64,000 nt of DNA, taken from IMG/VR virus record IMGVR_UViG_3300018080_000110, positions 85,225 to 149,224 of that record. One strand, 5' to 3'. A model generated the notes under the pieces. The model was not told the origin of the DNA. It searched no databases and worked only from the letters and a program-made list of their open reading frames with translations. The position numbers were made by a program, and so were the translations under genes. Each line of letters opens with the position of its first letter. Position 1 is the first letter of the stretch. The stretch comes from a virus. Of the stretch, positions 27,967-36,321 are shown piece by piece.

Positions 27967-29163
27967 CTACGGCGTGTACTGCACAGTGAACCCAGGCCAG
28001 GGGAGCAAGACTCCGTTCTGGAGATGGACCCTGTTCTTTGTGCCACCGTCGTGATCGATGGTCTGCATCTCGTTGAGATTGCCGCGAATGGACTCGTGAC
28101 CCTCCAAGCGCCCCAACAACTCGTAGAACTCACTGTTGTTCAAGTAGTCCATGATCAAGTGAGTCCCAGTCATCACGTCGTTGGCGCTCTTACGCGCGTT
28201 CGCCTCTCTACTGGTCCACACGGTGAACCCCTCGTCGTCGTCGCTGTAAGACCACTCGAGACACCGTACGTGGTGTTGGCCTTGGTCACTGTCCCTCCAA
28301 ACCTTCCCGTTCCCCCAATCAGTGCTATCTCCTTCTCGGTTGATCTGTTCCGCGGAAACCGTCACTGCTGTGTCAGGTCCCATGATGGCGCGTAGCTCGG
28401 AAGTTGAATGGGCTGGGTCAGTCTCCCAAGGTGTGATCTGAGCCGTAGTGACCAAAGAACTACCGCCGTTGGTGTTGAACTCCCATATGTTGAGATGAGT
28501 GCCCTCTGTATCTCCTTCGAGATACAGGTATCTGGTGTTGGCGTCTGCTGAGTTGTTGTCGTTGTAATAAGCCGGGCCGATGATCTCCCCAGAAGCCGTC
28601 CACACCCCATCCATGGAAACGGAGAACTCAAGCCAGTTATTGGTGCTCAGTTTGCACTCGATCTCCCAGGCGTCCGCATGGGGAGTGACCAAGCGCCACC
28701 AATCACCATTCGTGCTCGGGGTCTGGTAATCCTCCGACAAGATCCACCACGAGAGACCAGTAGCTGCTGTCGGGTACTCCGAAGCCGCGGTGCGGAAATC
28801 GATGCCGATGGTGTTCGCATCGGGGTTAGTGAGGATCCGATAGAATCCGCTATTCTCAGGATTCGAGGCATCTACCACCAGAGCCCACTTGTCTACCTCC
28901 CCACCTGCCGCGGAAAACGCACCCGTCTCGGTTAGGTTCTTGTTAGAACCAGAGAAAACGCCAGAAGTCCCGTTGCTCTCGTACGAAGTAGCGGGATCGT
29001 AAGATCCCGATGTGGCGTTCTCAAACTCGCTCGCTCCGCCGGGGGGCTTTGTGTACCCGAGGACATGGTAGAGGAAGAAACAAACGCACTTACTCCAGAA
29101 GTTCATCCCAGATCTACCAGGGGATTGCATGAAACGTGCTTCCCTGATCCAATGGCTAGCCAT
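27967..29163 (-). CDS. Putative virion protein (paralog of 29177-30412)
   Basis: Located in the structural operon; Trp/Gly/Ser-rich; shared motifs with its neighbour. Confidence 0.7.
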   Translation of the reverse strand: MASHWIREARFMQSPGRSGMNFWSKCVCFFLYHVLGYTKPPGGASEFENATSGSYDPATSYESNGTSGVFSGSNKNLTETGAFSAAGGEVDKWALVVDASNPENSGFYRILTNPDANTIGIDFRTAASEYPTAATGLSWWILSEDYQTPSTNGDWWRLVTPHADAWEIECKLSTNNWLEFSVSMDGVWTASGEIIGPAYYNDNNSADANTRYLYLEGDTEGTHLNIWEFNTNGGSSLVTTAQITPWETDPAHSTSELRAIMGPDTAVTVSAEQINREGDSTDWGNGKVWRDSDQGQHHVRCLEWSYSDDDEGFTVWTSREANARKSANDVMTGTHLIMDYLNNSEFYELLGRLEGHESIRGNLNEMQTIDHDGGTKNRVHLQNGVLLPWPGFTVQYTP

Positions 29164-29176
29164 CTGATCCTCCTAG

Positions 29177-30412
29177 CTACTTCTGCACGTGGATGGAGCT
29201 GCCGTTCCAGGTAGCTGCGAACCCACCGAACATATGCAAGTAGAAATCTGGAGCCGGGCCATCGCCGAACGCCATCAAGTTCTGATTGGCTTTGGAAGTC
29301 ATCCAGCAATCCTTAAACTCCCCCCGGTGCTCCATGTGCCCGGAGGTTCGACACTCCAGCTCTATCTCCACACGATACAAATACCGGCTCCAGCTACTCA
29401 TTCGTTGGGACCCAGTGCCCAAAACATGGTTGTTGACCCCCACCGGAATCGTCGGCACTTGCAAATAGTACGTCACTTCCGTGTCGTCAGAAGGAAGAGC
29501 CGACATACCGCGCCCACTGTCCTCAACCTGGCCACCATTTGCATAACCGAACATGTTCGGCCAAACATCTGGGTTTGCAGATCCAGCCCCACCGTAAACG
29601 ATCACCCCGGGGTTCGTATCCACAGAAGTGTCATCCACAGCGATCTCTCCCAGATAGATGAAGTTAGGTACGTTGTTCGTCTGATTCCAATAACAGATCA
29701 CAGCGTGATCATCTGTACCGAAAGCCCACACATACGTATCAACGACCGTGCTCGCTCCTGTAGTGGTGGGGTTCTTCTGCGATGTGTTGCGGGAATCATC
29801 CCACGCGTGCGAGGAGTTGTTCCAAGTTCCAAAAGGACCGATAGCTATAGAAGGAAACCCGGACCAAGCACCTCCAGTAGCCGTGGTAAGCAAACGGATG
29901 TCGAAGTTGGGCTCAGAGGGAGTGTGGGAATAGGCGGCCCTGACTACGGCGTACTTGCTTGGATCGGGGATGTACGTTGCGGAACCGTCCCACAAACGCC
30001 AACTGAAGGACTTGCCATCGGGCAAACCGTCCTCGTGCACCCCGCGCTTGATGTCGAGAACGAGAATATTCCCAGCCAGCACATCCAGAATGCGGTAGAT
30101 GCCATTCTTCTCTACCTCTGCGGCAGTCCCCGTGATCCCTGTGATGGTGATGTACTTCCCGCGGTCGTCGGTGTCCCAGTCGGTCTTGGAGCTACCAGAC
30201 ATGTCGATACGATCGGCGTTGGCAGTTGTGGCGCCGTCCCCCGATCCAGAAGCCTCGACATCAGTCCAGCTCGAGTCCGTTGGATCTTCATCCCGCAGGG
30301 TCCACCCCACGACTTGAGTCAACCACTCGACCAACCAGCGGGAGAACAAATGTCCTCCCCGGCCAGCAATCGAGGTGCTCAACAAGAGCCCATTCTGAAA
30401 CTTGTTGGCCAT
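29177..30412 (-). CDS. Putative virion protein (paralog of 27967-29163)
   Basis: GAGGA RBS; shared L..V.G(W/Y)T and NG.YRIL motifs. Confidence 0.7.
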   Translation of the reverse strand: MANKFQNGLLLSTSIAGRGGHLFSRWLVEWLTQVVGWTLRDEDPTDSSWTDVEASGSGDGATTANADRIDMSGSSKTDWDTDDRGKYITITGITGTAAEVEKNGIYRILDVLAGNILVLDIKRGVHEDGLPDGKSFSWRLWDGSATYIPDPSKYAVVRAAYSHTPSEPNFDIRLLTTATGGAWSGFPSIAIGPFGTWNNSSHAWDDSRNTSQKNPTTTGASTVVDTYVWAFGTDDHAVICYWNQTNNVPNFIYLGEIAVDDTSVDTNPGVIVYGGAGSANPDVWPNMFGYANGGQVEDSGRGMSALPSDDTEVTYYLQVPTIPVGVNNHVLGTGSQRMSSWSRYLYRVEIELECRTSGHMEHRGEFKDCWMTSKANQNLMAFGDGPAPDFYLHMFGGFAATWNGSSIHVQK

Positions 30413-30424
30413 GGCCTATCTCCT

Positions 30425-30682
30425 CTACTCGAAGCTAGATCCATAAACGCGGGCCCTGGCCGCGTTAGGACTCAGAGGACTCCCGTAGCACTCCTCATTG
30501 GTGAACGTCACTACAGCTTGTTCAGACTCCCTGAACACTGTTAACTCTGCCCCGCCATCTTCCTCATCTCCGGTCAAAGAAAGATCTCCGAGGCGATAGC
30601 GGTGTCCGCCGTCTGCCCAACTGCGGGGGAGCCAATAATTGATAGCGCTCAAGATGCGTCTTCTGCGCTCATGTTCCGTCAT
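30425..30682 (-). CDS. Hypothetical protein
   Basis: 85 aa ORF filling the gap. Confidence 0.5.
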   Translation of the reverse strand: MTEHERRRRILSAINYWLPRSWADGGHRYRLGDLSLTGDEEDGGAELTVFRESEQAVVTFTNEECYGSPLSPNAARARVYGSSFE

Positions 30683-30766
30683 GCTAAGTCACCCATTTTT
30701 GGAGGTTTCCAGCAAGTAGATCTTGGTCCACGATTCTACTCTCTGAGAGCAGGGACGGTCAAACTC

Positions 30767-30796
30767 TTGAGATAAGGTAATGCTGAGAGGTAGTAT
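30767..30796 (+). promoter_or_regulatory. sigma70-like promoter, leaderless geometry
   Basis: TTGAGA-18 nt-TAGTAT-6 nt-ATG(30803). Confidence 0.45.
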
Positions 30797-30802
30797 CAAG
30801 TT

Positions 30803-31117
30803 ATGGACCTCAAATTTCTCGATCCAGAAATTACCAGAAAACTGCTCGAAGGGCACGAGGACGTTGTGACGAAACGAGCAGAAGATCGAGAAAAGTTCTA
30901 CTCGGCACAAAGCTGCCCGCGCTGCGGAGGGAACTGTAGAAAGCTGGGCAACTATCACTCAATGTACCGGGGCGAGGACATCCTCCCGAAGTTCTACCTA
31001 GAATGCGTAGCTTGTGGTGAACAGTTCGATCCGCATTCCGGGATCGTGCTAAAGACAGGAAATGTGGGCCGAGCGGTAGAACCGGCTATTCCGATCGTAG
31101 GAGGGTCCGAAGACTAA
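30803..31117 (+). CDS. Zinc-ribbon protein, opposite strand inside the structural cluster
   Basis: CPRCGG...CVACG; fills the gap and its stop overlaps the convergent stop. Confidence 0.75.
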   Translation: MDLKFLDPEITRKLLEGHEDVVTKRAEDREKFYSAQSCPRCGGNCRKLGNYHSMYRGEDILPKFYLECVACGEQFDPHSGIVLKTGNVGRAVEPAIPIVGGSED

Positions 31118-34100
31118 GACGACGTCTGGCGCGTGATCGATAGCGCGTCAGGGATAAAAGTCGCCAGCCTCCCCCTACTGATCGCGTCCTCAGATCTATC
31201 GATCTGTATCGTCCTATCTACGTTGTGAACCACGCCAAGCAACGTGATCGGCATCTCTACTCTCTCAGCTCCTCTTCTGCGCGGGATGTTGCCGATTGCA
31301 GACGCCTCGAGAACCTCGTCCGGAAGTAACCCATCGATTAGGTCTTCTAGATCTGATTCGATGACACTTTCCTGAGACCCGCCCTGGTAGACGAGCTCGA
31401 ACTGCACGAAATGCGGCACCAGATGTCTGACCACAATACTGGCGCACAGCACCCTATCGAGTTCTGAAGAAGCGAAACGCTGAACCTCTTCCGTTAACTC
31501 AGATCTCTCGTAGTTCACCTGGATATTCTGTTGAGAGATCTGCGTCGTGTTTTCGGGAGAGTCGGTACTCCCGGGAGTCAAGACCCTCCTGCTGATGATC
31601 ATTGAAGGCTCTTCGTAGATAGAAAAGGTCAGGTCCTCGTCGTCGTTCGACAGCCGGTAACCATCTGACTTGTGGTTCTCCACCTCGAGCTGCAAGTCAG
31701 CCTCGATGTTGAATTCATCTCCAGCTCCGTAAGAAACCACCTCTATGTCAGCGTAGTACAGAGATCCTTCTGTGTTGTCTTGCATTTCCGTAGAGCTAAC
31801 TCGCTGGACACCTTTGCGATGAATCTTGAAATGTTGCGAAGGTCCCACATCCCCTGCAGCAAAACCACCCCACACATCCCCCGGGAGAAGCACAAGATCT
31901 TCCGGTTTCTTGATCGACAACCGCATGTGGTTTGATGTGGCTCCAGAGATGTAACCTGAGTCTTCGACGACGTATCTACCACGCGCGTTAGCGTGATTAT
32001 TCGTGACGGAGAGCCCGAGGATAGAGAGCGCAGTTCCGCCCTTCACATCGAACTCGATGTCGGCCTCTAGACGCAGGTATTTCTTGCTCGTTGAAGTATC
32101 GTCCTCTACGTAAGCGATGGTCTCGCCTAACTGGTTGTTGATTTCAGCTACCAGTCGATCTGGGCCATCTACCTCCGCCGAGAACGTCACTGTCTTGTCG
32201 GGACCGTTCTCGAGAGAGAAGAGCAAGGTCTTGGCAATGACGTAGTCCGGGTCTAGGGGTGCGTCATACTCTACGTCGCCTCCGGAAGTTTTGTCCCGAA
32301 TGTCGGCCGTCCCTTGCACCGGCTGATAAGTGATCTCTAGAATGTCGCCGGGGAGAACCTCCCGCAAAAGGAAGTCGATCTCTTCTGCACGAGAGTACTT
32401 ACCATCGCCGGACGGCGGGTCTTTCTCGCTTTCTACGAACGTATCCCCGCTCGAGGCGATATAGAGGTTGTCGGGCACAGACTCTTCTCCTGCAGGCAAG
32501 AGCGTGTGCTCGAGCGCAGGGTCTGGGAAGAAACGGAAGTAGGCCGACTGGTCACCGTATAGATCGTAAGAGAACTCCGTTCTTGGCTCCTCATCTTGTG
32601 CGATTTCTCCTAAGACAACATTGGGAGCGTGCTCCCCTGCAGCCGGAGGGTTGCCCGACTTGATCGCTGCCTTCCTGTAGTCTCCCCTCACCTCAAAAGA
32701 CGTTGGCTCAAGGAAGTAACAACGGAGCTTGCCGAAGGACCTAGATCCAATCCGTACTGTGGCTTTCTCATCGGGAAGAGGAAAGATCACCTTCCCGTCG
32801 TCCCCCACTCGGCACACTAGAAGTCTCTCTGCCTCGACTTCCTGCAAATACCAAAACTCGATGTTGTCCCCCGTAAGGACATAGACTGAGTCCCGCTCCT
32901 CCTCGATATCTAGAGTCGCATCAGTCCAATCCGAAACGGCAGACTCGCTAACGATTTGGCGATTGTCTTCCGCGAAGGAGGTCGACAGCCCCAAGAGAGT
33001 GTTGGCGGTACCAGAGGTGTCTACCACAATCCAGTTGTTGCGGGACCGTAGAGTGAGATAGCTCTCTCCCTGATCCGTGTCGCGTTGCCCAGCAATGCTG
33101 TAACCGACTCCGGCGTCAATCTGGTCCTTCACATCCTGTAGATCTGCCACAGCTGAGAAAGTGATGATGGACACCGCTCCGCCGTTGATGGAGATCTTGA
33201 TCGTGGTCCCGTTCAAAGCTCCCAGCGCACCAGAGAGATCTACGGTTCCGATAATGCCCAATCTGGCGTCGTTGATCTCTTTCTTCTTGCCGACGCCGAT
33301 ATTGGAAAAAGCAGAAGACTGAATGTCGACTGGATCTGCGTAAGGGATAACGTTACCCGTAGGCTGCTGGGAAGAATCCAATATATCCACGCTAGAGACC
33401 CTGAGCAACGGTGGACTCAGCCCGTCCCCCTTCTTGAACAGTTCCCAAGACTCACTGCTGGAGGTCTTCTTCAACTCAGTTCCCAGAACCAGCAACTTGT
33501 TACCAGTGCCGGTGATCTGGACGACACTGTAATCTCCCGCGTTGAGCGTGTTCCCTGTGATCCGGAGTGTGTCTCCCTCCTCCGTACCCAGCTGATCGAA
33601 GTCTACTTCTGCAACCGTGGACACCTGAGAGCTACCGAGTATGGTGACTAGGTCGCTCCCAGATCCACGAACAGTCTTGGGCTCAAGAAGATTTACATCT
33701 ATCTCGTCTACGATTTTGTACCGCTGACCAGTGACCGTGCTGCCAGGCTCCGGATCTACCTGAAGCCTTAGCGCGTTTCCTCCAGGAGCAACCTTTACGA
33801 TCTGGTACGCTCCTGCATTTCCTGCGTCGGTCTCGATGACTAAAGTCATCCCCACCCGGACTTTTTGACCCAGGAAATCGCTGGTCACAGCCAACGAAAG
33901 GTCCTCAACAATATCAGCTGGAAGTCCGGCCTTCTTGGTATCCAGATTCAGCCCCTCCATGAGGGGACTCTCGTCACTGACTGCCTCGATGACCAGCTCT
34001 TCCTCTTCCAGACCGGTGCCCCTCACGTAAAAGTCGGTGCAACCTCCGATGTGAACCTCGCCGTCGGAGATCTCGACAACCCCGCTCACACCATCAGGGC

Positions 34101-35298
34101 TCACTAGCCCACCAGGGATATCAGAGATCGTGATGACACTTTTCCTGACATAGAACTGCTGCGAGCTCAACCCGTCCGGCATGTCGGGATGGGGGACGGG
34201 ATCTACGGGTGGCAGTCCTGGATCCAGGGCTGCCCCGATCTTCAGAAACTCGTCAGAGATCACCTCCAAGACGGGGTAGTCCGCATTTTGCAGTGTGAGC
34301 ATGAAACCCTCAACTGGTCCCACAGCTCCCACAGAACTAGTGAAGGTGGCGGAGGGGCTGCCGAAGACATCCGTCACTCCGTCACCATCCCCGTCATCGG
34401 TCGTGTAGCCGTCCGTGCCGTAGACCACGATGGGCCCCAAGCCACCGCCCTTCAGAATGTCCCTCCCCATTTCTGTATCGTTGAACCCGACAACTTGCAG
34501 ATGCTGCAGGTCCCCGAATTGATCGAACAAACGAGCAATGGCTCCACGAGGTACAACCAAAGATCGCTCAGTCAAGCTATCTTCACCACGCTCGAGAAAG
34601 CTGAGTGTAGACTCTTCAGCAACGCCATCTCTGAACCGAGCAAGGTTGGTGATCTTTACCGCTGCTGGAACGTTAGCGATGCTGACGATTTCCCCTGTAC
34701 CTACGTTGTACTCATCTCCCTCAGTCTCTGCCTCGAAAGAAACGTCGAAGTAGAAAAGGTTGCCATCCTGGTTGAATAGCATGGCCTCGGCAGAGATCTC
34801 TTGTGTCGATGAGGGGACGAACTTCAACCCATCCGACGTCGAAGCCTCGTTCCCCAAAGAGATGGACACAGCTACTGGAGCGTTGAAGTACAACCTGCAT
34901 TGCCCAACAGATCTGCTTCCTCGAGTACGGCTCACAAAGAAGTTCCCCATCAGGGAATCTGCTTCCTCGGGGGACAAGAGGTCCTGATCGTTCAAGGACT
35001 TATTCTTGCGCAAGAACTCGACTTCACGGATGACTGGATCTAGCAAAGCCTCCATCGGCTTTATCAACAAGTCCGCTAAAGCCTCGCCTTCCTCAGAACT
35101 GAGGTTGGGGTACTCTTGCTGCAGCCGCGCACGGATGAATGTTGGGACATCCATCTCGAACGGGTCTGGGGTGAACCTACGCACTACGGGATCGATGATC
35201 TCTGTTTGTGCCGGAGAACCATCTTCCAGATCGATGTCTGGGTCGTAGGTGAGAAGTTTCTCTTCTAGGAATTCCTGGAGGTCTTCTGTTCCGGGCAT
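31114..35298 (-). CDS. Baseplate J/gp6-like wedge protein with large internal insertion
   Basis: N-terminal A...G.EYNV..GEI...ITN...F.DG..EE.....L.R baseplate-J pattern. Confidence 0.75.
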   Translation of the reverse strand: MPGTEDLQEFLEEKLLTYDPDIDLEDGSPAQTEIIDPVVRRFTPDPFEMDVPTFIRARLQQEYPNLSSEEGEALADLLIKPMEALLDPVIREVEFLRKNKSLNDQDLLSPEEADSLMGNFFVSRTRGSRSVGQCRLYFNAPVAVSISLGNEASTSDGLKFVPSSTQEISAEAMLFNQDGNLFYFDVSFEAETEGDEYNVGTGEIVSIANVPAAVKITNLARFRDGVAEESTLSFLERGEDSLTERSLVVPRGAIARLFDQFGDLQHLQVVGFNDTEMGRDILKGGGLGPIVVYGTDGYTTDDGDGDGVTDVFGSPSATFTSSVGAVGPVEGFMLTLQNADYPVLEVISDEFLKIGAALDPGLPPVDPVPHPDMPDGLSSQQFYVRKSVITISDIPGGLVSPDGVSGVVEISDGEVHIGGCTDFYVRGTGLEEEELVIEAVSDESPLMEGLNLDTKKAGLPADIVEDLSLAVTSDFLGQKVRVGMTLVIETDAGNAGAYQIVKVAPGGNALRLQVDPEPGSTVTGQRYKIVDEIDVNLLEPKTVRGSGSDLVTILGSSQVSTVAEVDFDQLGTEEGDTLRITGNTLNAGDYSVVQITGTGNKLLVLGTELKKTSSSESWELFKKGDGLSPPLLRVSSVDILDSSQQPTGNVIPYADPVDIQSSAFSNIGVGKKKEINDARLGIIGTVDLSGALGALNGTTIKISINGGAVSIITFSAVADLQDVKDQIDAGVGYSIAGQRDTDQGESYLTLRSRNNWIVVDTSGTANTLLGLSTSFAEDNRQIVSESAVSDWTDATLDIEEERDSVYVLTGDNIEFWYLQEVEAERLLVCRVGDDGKVIFPLPDEKATVRIGSRSFGKLRCYFLEPTSFEVRGDYRKAAIKSGNPPAAGEHAPNVVLGEIAQDEEPRTEFSYDLYGDQSAYFRFFPDPALEHTLLPAGEESVPDNLYIASSGDTFVESEKDPPSGDGKYSRAEEIDFLLREVLPGDILEITYQPVQGTADIRDKTSGGDVEYDAPLDPDYVIAKTLLFSLENGPDKTVTFSAEVDGPDRLVAEINNQLGETIAYVEDDTSTSKKYLRLEADIEFDVKGGTALSILGLSVTNNHANARGRYVVEDSGYISGATSNHMRLSIKKPEDLVLLPGDVWGGFAAGDVGPSQHFKIHRKGVQRVSSTEMQDNTEGSLYYADIEVVSYGAGDEFNIEADLQLEVENHKSDGYRLSNDDEDLTFSIYEEPSMIISRRVLTPGSTDSPENTTQISQQNIQVNYERSELTEEVQRFASSELDRVLCASIVVRHLVPHFVQFELVYQGGSQESVIESDLEDLIDGLLPDEVLEASAIGNIPRRRGAERVEMPITLLGVVHNVDRTIQIDRSEDAISRGRLATFIPDALSITRQTSS

Positions 35299-35299
35299 G

Positions 35300-35950
35300 T
35301 TACAACTCCAAACCTACGATCGCGCGTTGCCCCGATTGGGATGTTAGTTCCATCCGTGCGACGAGGGCTGTTTGCTGTACGTTGAATACGGCGCTGAGCA
35401 CCGACACAGATCCCAGTTTCTCGGCAGCGGTGAGGCGCGAGTTAGAGGCCTGCAACGAAATGATCTGGGACCTGGTTCTGCTGACGGCCGTGGTGAACGC
35501 CGCAGTAACTCCCCCAGCGTTAGACCGAGAAAACTCCGCACCGATCAATTTCTGGACCCCGCCTCCAGTCTTTGGGTACCAGGCATCGGTACCCGGAGAC
35601 CGAAGAAGATACATGACGAAGGACTGTATCAGCTTCTTCAGTCCGCTTACCTTCTGTGGGAAATTGGTGAGCTCAAACTTCATTTGGCTGCTGACGGTTT
35701 TCGTGAAATCGCTGCTCAGCACAGCGAGGGTGCGGATGATCGACTTCTCTTGGCTGTCTGGGACCTGCACAAGGATGCGGTTCTTGGAGACCACGACGAA
35801 AGAAGGTGCCTCCTCTTCGTTGATCTCCACCTTCACCGCATTGAGGAAATTGGGTCCCGTGACTTCCAGAGTGCGCGGCACGACCCCAGGAAGTTCCCCT
35901 ACATAGTCCACGTTCAGCACATCACGCAGATAAATGACCTGCAAGTCCAT
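35300..35950 (-). CDS. Baseplate gp25-like protein with N-terminal IPT/Ig domain
   Basis: V.G.NF..A..V.IN...F.VVS...I...VP, then VSGL.KL.Q....LL..PG..WYP..G. Confidence 0.6.
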   Translation of the reverse strand: MDLQVIYLRDVLNVDYVGELPGVVPRTLEVTGPNFLNAVKVEINEEEAPSFVVVSKNRILVQVPDSQEKSIIRTLAVLSSDFTKTVSSQMKFELTNFPQKVSGLKKLIQSFVMYLLRSPGTDAWYPKTGGGVQKLIGAEFSRSNAGGVTAAFTTAVSRTRSQIISLQASNSRLTAAEKLGSVSVLSAVFNVQQTALVARMELTSQSGQRAIVGLEL

Positions 35951-36321
35951 TATGACGGAACCTCCTCGTCACCAGCGACCGATGTGTTCACATTGCCACT
36001 TTCTCGATCTTCCGAACTCAAGCTGAAGGCGCTGGGAGGAAGCTTCTTTACTGTCCGTACCACCTCCGTGATCCCGTTGACGATCCTGTCTACGACGTCT
36101 TTCTTGTTGAGACGGATGTCAGTCTTGCCGTCGCTGCCCTCTATCTGATTGATCTGCTCCTGCATTAGCGTCTCTAGGTTCACCGTCGAGACACTATCTG
36201 TGAATTTCTCCCCTTGAACGAACGAGTAAGCGTCTCCAAGGATGTCTCGGACCTGAAGGTTCAGCTTCGTCTTCTTGACCTTGGGCGCGTTAGCTTTCTT
36301 TTTCGGGGACCTTGCCATCAC
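35950..36321 (-). CDS. Hypothetical protein
   Basis: Coupled to both neighbours. Confidence 0.65.
   Translation of the reverse strand: MMARSPKKKANAPKVKKTKLNLQVRDILGDAYSFVQGEKFTDSVSTVNLETLMQEQINQIEGSDGKTDIRLNKKDVVDRIVNGITEVVRTVKKLPPSAFSLSSEDRESGNVNTSVAGDEEVPS

Noticed and set aside
29189-30544. 451-aa + strand ORF and similar long antisense ORFs (1877-2824, 18970-19908, 20812-21693, 35372-36148)
   Set aside because: They are shadows of real genes caused by codon bias; no motifs or RBS.
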